A stretch of DNA of 64,000 nt from Adineta vaga (taxonomy: Eukaryota > Animalia > Rotifera). Below, piece after piece: positions 16,101 through 28,545 of this stretch (position 1 is its first letter; every line of letters starts with the position of its first letter). The notes beneath the pieces were generated by a model, which did not search any database, was not told the DNA's origin, and saw only the letters and a list, made by a program, of their open reading frames with translations. The DNA is taken from the NCBI GenBank assembly GCA_021613535.1, contig CP075495.1, positions 11,036,001 through 11,100,000 on the forward strand, in the 5' to 3' direction. A program made the position numbers and the translations under genes.

Positions 16101-16909
16101 ATGGCTTCATCTACATCAGGAACACAAAGCAAACCATTAGTGGTAATCACAGGTGCATCATCAGGTATTGGCGAAGCTTGTGCTCGAGCTTTTTCTCAAG
16201 CTGGCCATCCTCTCTTACTCATTGCTCGTCGTCTTGATCGATTAGAAGCTTTGAAATTACCAGACAATGTTATTTGTGCTCAAGTTGATGTTACTGACAG
16301 ACCTAAACTTAAAGAAGCCATTGAAAAAGCTGTTGAAAAATATGGACCAGTTGATTGTATCGTAAATAATGCTGGTGTAATGCTTTTGGGTAAAGTTCAA
16401 ACACAAAAACCTGAAGAATGGCAACGAATGTTTGATGTCAATTTAATGGGTGTTCTTAATGGTACTCATGTTGTTTTACCTTCGATGAGTAAGTGTAATT
16501 CTCTGATATCTTTTCTTAATATTGATCGGATATATACATACCTTTAGTTGAACGTCGTGCTGGTACAATTATTAATATTAGTTCAATTGCTGGACGAAAA
16601 ACTCTTCCTGATCATGCTGTTTATTGTGGTACAAAATTTGCAGTACATGCATTTACCGAACAGATTCGTGAAGAAGTTGCACAATATGATGTACGTCTGA
16701 TAAATATTGCACCAGGTGTTGTTGAAACGGAATTATTAAGTCATTCAACAGATAAACAGATTGTTGACGATTATAAAACATGGAAAAGTGAAATGGGTCA
16801 ACCAATGGAAAGTGAAGATATATCTCGTTGTATTATGTTTGCTTATGAACAACCACAACGTGTATGTATTCGAGAAATTCTTGTCTGTCCAACACGACAA
16901 GACAAGTAG
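16101..16909 (+). CDS. Classical NADP(H)-dependent SDR oxidoreductase, bacterial-type, 2 exons; HGT candidate
   Basis: TGASSGIG, IARR, NNAG, SSIAG, YCGTK, IAPG. A single 59-nt intron (16489-16547) restores the frame to TAG at 16907-16909. Confidence 0.93.
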
Positions 16910-17262
16910 AAAAACGAAAGCAGTGATCGTTTACACGAAGAAAAATTTTACTTTACAATATCTTTTCTTTCTTTTAATTTTTGAATATATCGTATTTAAT
17001 TAGTTTTTTTCTGTATCAAAATAACAGGTATTATTGACATCTTTGAAATAAATGATAAAAAATAAATTAGATTGAAATATTATGAATGTACTTAGTTATA
17101 TCAAGATATTCGACAACATAAAATATTTATTTTTCTCAGATTGGCATGAAATATTCATAGTGTATTAAAATTTCTTTCTAATCAACAAATGTAAGTTTAA
17201 TCTTAGAATGTTCTTCACTTATCACATAGTTGATAAGACATTTTCGTATATAATGATAAATG

Positions 17263-17988
17263 CTAGAACAATGTTAACTGTTTTGTATTGTAAAGATACT
17301 GAGATTTTTCTTGTACATCATCTAGTATTGATCGTTTTTTCTGTAAGAGTATCCATGCATAATCGTCGACATATTTTCTAAACCAATCATGATCTGTTCT
17401 AATTACTCGTGCTCGATGAATTTGTTCTGGAATAATTTGATTGGGAGAATGACAGATAGTAAAAATTTTCTTGATCTCATTTCGAAATTTGAAACAATCA
17501 AATAAAGATAAAATGCTGCGCAATTATTGACTATAATCATAAATGATTCGATTCGAATTTGTTCTTTTGTTTTTTATATACTAACCATAATAACTGAATA
17601 AGTAACACATACAGAACAGAGTAGGTTTGTATGAATAAATAAAATCATTTTGTATATAAGTAATTATATTAATTATCGATCTCTTCTTCGAATACGTTGT
17701 CAAATTAATTCTTGTAAATTAATATTACTCAATGGATTGTTTCTCATATCACTTATATTATAAGATCTATTTGCAAACTGGTGATCAACTAACGAATTTA
17801 GCATAATCACTTGATTTCGGTACACAACAATCCGATTCAATGCAAAAATAGACAGCTAAATGAATTAGTATCAAAAGCCATACAATCGTAATGATCAGAA
17901 TGACACGATAAGCAATACGAATATTACTAAATGATCGTAAACGTACATGACGACAACACATCGCTGCTCGATCTACATAAGCAACCAT
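17263..17988 (-). pseudogene. Degraded rhodopsin-like GPCR (TM3 to helix 8 remnant)
   Basis: VDRAAMCCRHVRLRSFSNIRIAYRVILIITIVWLLILIH..., then QRIRRRDR*LI*LL with stops and frameshifts, then a FRNEIKKIF helix-8-like motif. No N-terminal half is visible. Confidence 0.65.
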
Positions 17989-18119
17989 CTTATATTAACG
18001 ATATAACAAAAGAAGATTTCGTATTTATTGACTAGATTACCTACTGATCTTCTTTACACTCATTTCTTTTCGTTTTTACTCGTATATATAGTTCATTTTT
18101 TTACTACTATAGATTCTTT

Positions 18120-18150
18120 AATAATAATAATAAGAAGAAGAAGAAGAAGA
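18120..18150. repeat. Compound (ATA)n(AAG)n microsatellite
   Basis: ataataataataagaagaagaagaagaaga is visible directly. Confidence 0.8.
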
Positions 18151-19090
18151 AAAAAATAGTCTCATTGCAATTTCAATGCTTTTCAATTATTCAAAAGATT
18201 TTGAGACATTCAACAAGAATCTTGAGGGTGTGGGTGTGCGTGAAAAGAGATATATTAGATGATTACTAAATGCGTGCACATACCGACACACCATCCTTAA
18301 CATTGCCATACTCAAATGAAAACTTAATAGATGATCTGTTGGCTTGGTCCCAAGAAAAATCATCTGAATAATCACCTCAACGTATACAATTACAAACAGA
18401 GAGCAATAGTTTTTCTTGAGACTAAGTTATATACAGTTTCAACTCATTTTATCAAACAGTAAAACAATCATTATCTGTTTGAAGATAACTAATATCATCA
18501 ATGAAAGACAAATCTTAATCACATGTAAATCTATGAAGAGGGATCTACATAAATAGATCATCGTACGTATATATGTCTATGGTAAGAATTTTTTTTGACT
18601 AAAAATATTAAAAACTTTTAAAATCATAGAGGGCAATGAGTATATGCACTTGTATCTCTTTTTCTCTTTAATCATTTGTGACCATTGCTTGGTTAATGTT
18701 TGTCTTGCCAACATATTAACACATCTCCATAGAAGTGTTTTTTTTATTTAAACGCAATTCACCAGCATATTCTTCATGTGTATATGCTTGACAACTACGA
18801 GTAATATTTTATTCTTTCTGAAATTTCTCTCTAGACCTATTTTATATCACACGTCTCGTGTAAGTGTCGTTCAATTGCTTTCTCTTTCTTTTCTAATATT
18901 TACTATGCAAATAGGTAAAAATTCTTAGCGACAATGATAATTTAGTATATGGGAAAAAAACTGAAATAAAAAGAAGAAAAAGCGCTCTATATAAGTAGAA
19001 TATAGCTTTGCAGGAAACTTTCATTTGCTTTTAGTTTTCTTTAGTGTTATTTCAAAAAAACATATACAACACATAGTTACTAAAATAAAA

Positions 19091-19549
19091 ATGGCACAAG
19101 CATGGCGAGGTAAGATTCGTTTCAATCATTTTTAACAGTACAACTATTTGATTTATATTTTTAGTCGGATTATTTGGATGCTTCGAAGACATTCCAACGT
19201 GTTTACTTGGTTGGTGTTGTTCTTGTTATTTATTTGGTCAAAATGCTGAACAAATTGATGGTTCAAATAAAATATCACTGTGCGTTCAATATGCATGTTT
19301 CTCCATGTGTGGTCTCTGCTGTATAGTTCATAAGCCACGACGACAACAACTTCGTGCAACTTATAATCTTGCAGAAGATCCAAGTGATTTCCTTGCGACC
19401 TGTTGCTGTAGTGGATGTGCTAATTGTCAAGAAGCAAGAGAAATGCAAACACGAGGTATGTTATTCAATAACTGATCATTCATTAATTCATTTTTTTCTC
19501 AGGAGTTCAACCCGGTGCGCGTATTCCAGTTGCAACTCAGCCTCATTAA
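19091..19549 (+). CDS. PLAC8/cornifelin-family Cys-rich protein, 3 exons
   Basis: Spliced: MAQAWRVGLFGCFEDIPTCLLGWCCSCYLFGQNAEQ...RRQQLRATYNL...DFLATCCCSGCANCQEAREM. This gene is missed by the ORF track. Confidence 0.9.
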
Positions 19550-20402
19550 AAATTATGGATAATCATCGCGAAGAAAAACAATAGTTTTTTTATTAATCAT
19601 TAAGTGTTGTTGTTGTTGTTCTCTTTTTTCTCTCTTTCTTTCTCTCTTTTATTTTCTCCTGCGTTGGTCTTCGTTCGAATTGTTATTTGTCATATAATCT
19701 GAATAACCAATATGATTTCTGTGAAAAAAGGAACTTTTTGAAATAAAAATCTAATTGAAGTGGTGAAATGTCGTTTTGTTAGCAACAAATATTCATGAGT
19801 TGTTAGATGAAACAAAAAGAGAAGAGAAGGAAAGTGTGTCGAACTTGTTAGCGAAGTAGAACATGGAACAAGTAGGCGTAATAACATACCATTTACTGAG
19901 AGAAAATTTAAAGTAAAGTGGAAAACAATACGAACTTATATTATTGAAAATATTTTTTACACCGTTATATCTTCCATTGAATGAACACAGACAGGGTGTG
20001 TACCGATGGACTTTTCTTGTTTTAGTCTCGCATAATGTTACCAATTTGGTGAGAGCAACAAGAGATGTACTGTCGCTGATCTTCAATGACTTACATCGTA
20101 GCATATTTTCTCAATCAAAACAACGCTTTCCATTTTGAGAATTAGTAAAACTGACTTTTTCGGTATCTTTTATGTAGGCGATTATTATAACGCAATTCTT
20201 GTCTGTTTGAGAGAACAAATGATAGAACATATATAATCACTTGTTTGTATTTGAAATAGGCATTATATTGATAATATATAGAATAAAATAATGATGTTTT
20301 TGTTGTCGAGTAATATTGCTTTATTAGTCATATATTATAGTCTAATGACACATAGAAAGACGAATAAAATATTTAAAAACAAGAAGAAAGAGTAAAATAT
20401 GT

Positions 20403-23400
20403 TCACAAATGAGTTGTACTTTCATCAGAAATAGTTTCCACGTCATTCTCTTGCTTTTCATCTGGAATTCGAGATTGGTTAGCAAATAAATCACGTATAT
20501 TTGGTCGTACTAAATGTTCTTCTGGTTTTGTTGTTGTCGCATATTCGCCCAGATATTCAGGTGATTTATGATAAGTACCACTGAAATTAGCAGAAGTTAA
20601 TGGACCTGGATGAATATGAGGATCTGTCATATTAGAAGATGTTTGAACATCATTTGAGGGATCATTGACCGGTGATGTAGATGTTGATCTTGCCGTGTCC
20701 GGCACTGAAGAACGTCGCCATGGACAAATACGTTCAGCAGCAGTGGCTCCATCCATTACTGTGTCATCTTCTGTTGTAAAAGAATAAATATGAAAGTGAA
20801 TCATTTGATTTAATTAGGAGTATTACCTTCATTTTCAACACGAATAGATATAACAGGTGAGGGATGATGCATATCTCTTGTTGGTGCTAGAAAAATAGAT
20901 GAAAATAAGATGAAAATCATCTTTCAAAACGCATACATGATGACTTAAGAGGTTGATCAGTTGACGGTGTTGGACTTGTATTTCTTGTTTTCGTTGAATG
21001 ATTTTGATGTTTGTCGGAAGTTGGTGATGCTGATTTTCCTTTGGTATGCTGCTGTTTTGATATAGAACTTGTTGAATGTTTAGGTGAATGTGAACTATCA
21101 TGCGGATGTGTTGCGAGTGTCGTTTTCGAAGCTCCCGAACGAGTCATACCACCTGTACCAGTTTTGCCAGATTTACGTCCATGAATCTGTTCTTTGTCAA
21201 GTCTTGATGGGATGTATATATGATTACGATGATGATAGGATTTTTCAAAACGGTTCGGCGCTACACCAGCAGAACCGGCCATTTCATCTTGACTACGAAG
21301 ATGAATAGCTGCCTAAAAGAATGCAATTTTGTTAATATAGATAAATACAAGTGTCATACGCATTCATAATTTTATTAGAGCAATACGATCTAGAAGATAA
21401 TTGAGTGATGGAACTTAATGCTTCACTAAGTTTACATTTTATTCAAAATTGTAAACAAATAACACAGTATTTGTTCTTTTCTATAAACTCAATGAATCTA
21501 GTTGAAATCATTAGTCTATATTCACATGATGAAATAATCGAATAAACCTGAGTATTAACTACATGCCTTTTTTTTCTCTTCTATTTTATGTTAGTATATG
21601 TAACTATGCAAATAAGATGATGATGAAACAATAACTTACTCTTGGTCTTGCACGATAAAGGTTTGTATCAAGAAAATGATGCATTTGTGCATCGTCACGA
21701 TGTTGTTCAGTACCTTGATTTTCAAAGAACATAAGATCAGGTACAGTTTGTTCCGGTAAACTATTGAACAGATATACATACATCAATAAATCTTATGACA
21801 ATAAATCAATTTTTATCAAACCTTGCTCCTAACAATTGTGAGAAATTAGCAAATGTACTTTCAGGTCGGAGATTACTTCCTGATGCTGATGTATGTATGG
21901 CAGATGTTGATGGTGCTGGAACCAGACCTTTCGAAGTATCATGAACTTTCATTGCTGATTGCATATTAATCTTTTTAAATGTTTGCAATAATTTAATATC
22001 CATTTTTTCTTCTGGTGTTTCACGTAATAACCAACGTTTGAAATAATTTCGATCAAGATTTCGACATCTAAATAATAATTGATATAAATTAGACATCTAT
22101 TCATTTTGTTTTCTCATTCATTAACTTACTTATCACGTAACGAATTGCTTCCACCACTGCCTGATATTTCTTCGAGACAAGTCATTACATGATCCATCAT
22201 CTTGAAATAGAGCAATAAAAAATCTTAAAAACTGATATGATCATTTTTCTTTACTCGGTTTGTTAATTTTGCAGACATTGTTGGTTCTTCAATTTGTTTT
22301 CGTCGTACATTAAGACATTTTACAAGTGGACCAATGGTTATACCCTAGATTCATATACTTAGAACGAAAGATTTATTTTTGAAGCTTTGAATTTACTTGT
22401 ATAAAGACAGTAAAGAAAACGACAGCAATAGTTGCTGTAACAAATTCTTTTTTTCTTGGTATTTTTGTTTCATCAAGAATAAGAGCAAGAGCAAATGCAA
22501 TAGCACCACGTAGCCCACCATACGACATAATTAACATATCAATACGTGTTAATTCAAGTAAACGCCAACAATTAGCTAGATTAGCAAAAATTGCGATACC
22601 TAAATGAACGAAAAGAATAAATGATAAAAATAAATCTTTTCATTTGAATTTTTTTCATAATTACCAATAACTCGAAAAATTAGACATGACAATAGAGTAA
22701 TTAATACAAAACCAGTATTCCATGAATGATGATCGCTCACTGTTGATAAGCCCATAAACATAAAAATAATCGTTTCCATAATACTTGATAACATTTTAAG
22801 AACGTATTCTGTTGTTGCATCAGATTTTTTTGAAATATTAAATGAAACATATTGTTTCATTACCATTCCACAAAATGTTATTCTAAATTCAAAAACAAAA
22901 ATAAATGAAGATTTTTCTTCAATTAGAAATAGTCTACATACGCTAAAATGCCAGATACTGAAACCATTTCAGATGTTAAATAAGCCAAATAAGCATAGAC
23001 AAGAATAATTAATGGTTCAAGAACCGGTGTATGTTCAGTAAATTTTGTTGTAAAACATGCAACAACGCCAAAGATAATACCAATTAAAACTCCACCAAGT
23101 GCAACAACGAAAAATGATAAACAACCCAGAATAATATCCGATGGAATTAAATGTTCTTGACCAATTTTAGCAAATGAATCAAACATACGATAGAGAACAA
23201 CAGAAACAGCATCGTTCAAAAGAGATTCACCAAAGACAACAATATATAACATATCATTGACATGTATTTCCGTAAATGTAGCTAAGACAGCAACAGGATC
23301 CACAGCAGAAATCAAAGCAGCAAAGACAAAACATGGTAGCATATCAAATTGTGTTCCACCATAGATGGGTGTAAATGAAAAACCCCATAGTGTTAAGCCA

Positions 23401-24305
23401 ATACAAATTGTGTTAAAAAGAGTATTGACAATAGCAAGTAGAAGAATTGTGCCAAGATTGTCGAAAAAAGGACGATTAGGCATAAAATAACCAGCTTCGA
23501 GAATGATCGGCTAAGAAATTAAAACGAATTTCTATTAGTTTGATGAAAGATAATAAGATTTTGAAGATAAATATATCCATCATTGAAATGGGATAAATCA
23601 GATAAGAAATTTTACTTTATGGAAGGATATCCTGCACTCTTTTATTTCCTCATTTTGACACTACTATAAGGAAGAAGAAAAGTACTGCATATAACTAGTA
23701 ATTTGTCGATACTATACTATCATTTTCGAGAAAAAAAAGAATAGTTTCAATGTTTGTTAAATATACAAATCCATTGCAAAAAATGTAATCACTTCTACAT
23801 AGGAAAAATAAACTACTCTGTTTAATTAGACCGTAAAAAAAACTACAATAATATTGAATATATAATAGAAAATAATTGATCACACTTACCGGTAGGAGAA
23901 ATAAGAAGAAAGTGTCGCTATTCAAAACGTAAGCTTTTTGTTCAGCTAAATGAGTAATATAAAGCAAAGCACCAACAATAAGACCAAGTATAATTAAAAG
24001 ACAACTTTCGGGAAATTTCTCTGTTAAACGATGTGATAGATGAAAACCTATAATGATAAAACATTAGGAAAACATCTTGATTCTTTCAAACTATAAAAAT
24101 ACTTACCAACTTTCGCCAATGAACCGAGTAGAATCCATAAGGTAATAGCATAAACATCTGACACATGGTCAAAATTAAACTCAGCTACATGAAAACGTTG
24201 TGGTTTCGCTTGATTATGAATATATGTTTGTTCTTTACAATAATACTTATGAGCAATTAAAGCCAAAATGAGAATAAGAAAAATGCTATGTTTATTTTGA
24301 TACAT
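20403..24305 (-). CDS. Na+/H+ exchanger, SLC9A/NHE plasma-membrane clade, multi-exon
   Basis: [92 protein letters not shown], and a long Ser/His-rich tail. Confidence 0.93.
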
Positions 24306-25609
24306 TGTAGATCAAACTGGACGGAACGGAGAAACAAAACGAATTAGATCAAAAACAATTATTGTCAGTGTCCTTTGTTAAATTAAATTTTGTTAATTAT
24401 ACAATTAACCTAAAGAAAAAGAATACAAGTTAGATTGAAGAAATTCTCTTCTATACTAATATTAGATTGCTTTTCTATAGAGAAGAGAAGGGAAAAAAGT
24501 AATGGCTCCGATCTTCATCTGTCTTTTCTGACCTTGTTAACATAAAATTAGACAATGATAAAGAAGAATATAATGAGCTTGAATACACTGACTGACTTAT
24601 CGTATAAAAAAAAGGAAGAAAATCGAACTTCTACTTAATCTTTTATGCAAATATCTTTACTTCTTTCTTCAAGATATCTTTTTAATCATACTGAATTCAC
24701 AGTTTGCTTTCATGAACTCATATATCTATATAATATTACCAACAATAGTTTCAATCGACAAAAACATCATTGAATAGCTGCTGCGCATAGAAATCTGACA
24801 ACATTCGAGTGAAACATATCTGACAATGAAACCATGTCATATACTTATTTCCATTATTGCCATCATCATTATTCTATTTTGTCAGTCTATTCAAGACTTG
24901 ACTTCGACGATAGCAAGCAAATAAGAAGAAAAAAAAATAGAAGAAAAAGTATTACTTGTGCGTTCTGTTTTCTGCGATGGTAAGAATAGCATACAAGGTT
25001 ATGTGATAGTCGTACATTCAATGAATGAAGTATGTGTTTGTATGTTAGCAGACCGAAAGATGAAGGAAGAGAAAAAAAACAAAAATAGACACTGTGCATT
25101 ACATGACGAACAAAGAATAGCACATTTTCGTTGTTGATTAAAACTGTCAAAAAGAACATGTAATCATCGTATTGATTGTACAAGTATTAAAGAAAGTTCG
25201 TATCTTGCGATTTTTTTTCTTCTTTTTCTTTCGTCTTACAAACCTTGATAGATTCGATGATCAATGTAAATTGTTGTCGATTCCAATGAGACGTAAACAT
25301 GCTATTTGTCTAAAATAAACAAATGCTTATTAGTTTTTGATTCGAAAAACAAACATTGATTTTCATTGAGATTTGACTTTACTTAAAAGAACAAAATAAA
25401 ATCAACTGATATAAAACTAAATTGTATAGAAAAATAAAACTATGATTAGCAATTATTTCTTTAGCAGTCGAAATGGAAATTCCATTTTGAAATAACTGAG
25501 TAAACATAATGTCCGAGTAATTCTTGTGTTGAAAATTTGATTCCATTCTAATTGAGAGAAAAAGAAATAGACTATGAAAATGTATATATACATTTCAACA
25601 TACTTTTTC

Positions 25610-28545
25610 TATATCTTTCAATGTGCATAGATAAACAGGTGCATTGATTAATGCATGAGTGCTACGATCAGCAGCATATCACCATCAACATTCTTGTTTA
25701 ATCTAGTTGTACAAAAGAAAAAGTAAGAAATAATTGAGAAATTAGTATAACGATTTCTAATTCAGGAGAAGATGGACGAAAAATACGAGAACTAATTTTT
25801 GTTTATAATTTGTCTCGTTTACGTTGTCGTTGAAGTTTTTTAAGAAATGTATCATCTTCATTCTCATTCATTCGATTTTTTATTGATCTTGAAGATCGTT
25901 GATCATTGATTAGATTCTTTTCATCATCATTACCATTCAAATCTTCTATTGTTTGCTCATGACGTTGATGAAAATCTAAATAGTCACATAAATTTGTATG
26001 AATTTCATAACTTTCGCAAACTAATAACTATCTGAATATTTCGATGAATCATCATTCAAATGAAGAAGGAAAACGAATGGTAAAATTACACTTAGTAGTT
26101 TTCTCTTTGTTGTTGTTCGACTGAAAAAATAACGATCATAAGTGGTAATCGATTATTCATGAGAAATAATTGACATGGGAGACATATTAGTTTCAATAGA
26201 AAAGGAACAAGAAAAAAAACAGTTCTTATCAATATAATTTTGGGCGTGTATGACGAGAATATCAAAATCGTATGTTTTGAAGAAATATATAACCTTTCTC
26301 CTTTCTAATTTGTTATCTAAGATATAAACTGAAATACTTTCGATAAAACACGTCTTTTACATCACAATTTTGAATAAGTTCATTAATGGATTATTGACGA
26401 TATTATTTTCGATGTGAATTTCTATTTGACCAAGTTACATTTCAGATCATCAGACATAGTTAAGATTGATGTCATGTTTTTGAGTCAAATCAAAAGAGAT
26501 CGAGACGACTCATGTTTGCTTACTAATATTTGACATTTCTTATATGTATATATATATATACATGTTTGAATAAGATATCATATGTTGTTCTTATGATTCT
26601 ATTTAGCGTCATAGTTAAATAGACAGCACGTCTGATGCTAAACAAAGATGTTGATCATCGTGTACAAGATTCTCTTAGTAACAATCAACGTAAAAGAAAT
26701 TTGATTTTTGTTTATTTGAAATAGAAATGAAAGAAGAAAGGCATGCTTTATTTCGGTCTAGAAATTCACTATTCACCACATGAGATTAATGCTCTATTCC
26801 TCATGAGATATGCGTGTTAAATCACGATGAAATACTATCGATTGATTATATTATTTGTTCGTAAATGTAATTAGGCTTTTCAAAGATTAATATCGGCTGA
26901 TCAGACGGTAGAGCTCTGCTTTTCTCCATTTAAAAATTAGTTTACATACCACTCGAAGCGTTGTGATCATTTTTTTGTTGAAATTTTAGAATTAATCATA
27001 GTCATTGATTGTTCATTCGATGAATTTTGAGTCTTTTGTGATGTTGATCATTGTTCTTTCTTCTTTATTTTATCTCTTATCTGATTTATTATTCCATCTT
27101 TTTGTTGAACTGCTTGAACTATCTGCTTTTGTTAATCCATTTGTCTACAGAGAAAAAAATACAAAGTTAATTATTCAATCAAATTCAATGAGAAATAAGA
27201 GAACCTTTTCTAAATTATCTTATTCTTTATTCATTGTCGCTTCATCTGTTTACTCCTAATAATGGACATATTATCACGATGCAAATGTACAGTTAATGTA
27301 ATAACGATGCCTGTTGTGATCATGTGTTTATCTTCATCATTAAAAACTAGTAACTATCAAGATAAAATATTCAACTTTGCTTTTCTATTGTCAATATACG
27401 AGTACCTGCAAATGATATTTTCATGGTGACATATGACGAGAACCGTGATAATGTCATGATATTGTTCATCTGTCATAGAAACAAATTGTCGAATAGATTT
27501 AATTTTACACTAAAGAAAAAAAAATCTCATCGATAATATGTGATAGTTTAAGAAGTGGACTTGTTGTATTTAATAAAGCTTGAATAATCATTGATGATAG
27601 TTTCATCGTATTCTCAAAAGTATCAAGGGGTGGTGGATTTTGTAAGTCAAAATAAGTTAAAAATCGATCTATTTTCTTAACGTATATTATCCGGCATGAT
27701 CCATTGCAATTAATTGTACTTCAATATCAATCGGTAAAGAACATATTGCTTATCTATTGTTTCAAATTAACACGTTTTCCAAGATCATAACTCAATGACT
27801 CAAAATGATGAAGATGTGCATAAAGTAATGCATGTGCTTTAATACTATATGGTATATTAAATGATCATTCATTTGTTTTTTCTTGAACCTCAGTTAATTC
27901 TCTAAATAACTGTACAAATAGATACATCTGTTTTATGTTAATCTCTAAATTTCCAAGAACAAAGAAGCAAACTAACTCTAGACAATTCAGTATTATCATA
28001 TTGTCGATTGATTATAAATTTAGTTGAATTTCGTGAATGATCAAATTTTGATGACATACTAAGAATCGTAATCACACCCACAACAAAATAAAGAAACGAT
28101 AAGTTAAACCTATTTGTTTCTTCTTTTCAATACTCAATCTGTCATTTAACTAAAAATTTGACAGCTAAAATTATTGATAACAATAATCATATGTTTCATA
28201 GATAAACTTCAATCATAGTATCTTAACATTACTTGAAATTTTACTATTACTACTAATCTATTAACAGTTTGATTTTTAACTTACGTTTAATAATAATCGA
28301 CGATATTTGACTAAGAAATAGCGAATAAAGATGAATTATTTCATTTAAAATATGATCACCATCATCGTCGTCATTTGATAATTTTTTATAAGCTTTGTTG
28401 ATTTCTTTCTAAATTTATTCATTTGTAAATTCATGATTCAATTTTCATGACTTACAAATTGTTCAGAACCGTCACCACGATCTGAATGATGTTTCTTACT
28501 TAATTCACAATATGCTCGTTTGATTTTTCTAACAGATGTTTCCTT
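25610..28545 (-). pseudogene. SEC63: Decayed, intron-containing SEC63-like pseudogene
   Basis: Minus-strand fragments in SEC63 order: J-domain ETSVRKIKRAYCELSKKHHSDRG (28456-28543), FNIPYSIKAHALLYAHL (about 27815-27865), PPLDTFENTMKLSSMIIQALL, FNDEDKHMITTGIVITLTVHLHR, DRSTHALINAPVY. Stops and frameshifts lie between them. Boundaries are approximate. Confidence 0.75.

Noticed and set aside
18690-18810. Minus-strand fragment QAYTHEEYAGELRL...GDVL, reminiscent of an SH3 start
   Set aside because: Single frameshifted fragment; the resemblance could be chance.
19690-20138. Overlapping short ORFs between the PLAC8 and NHE 3' ends; considered as a small gene or SL/snRNA
   Set aside because: No protein motif, no consistent splice model and no recognisable spliced-leader or snRNA sequence.
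21360-21430. Second possible alternative NHE exon ending at a gtatga donor
   Set aside because: No acceptor gives a frame-compatible, stop-free exon.
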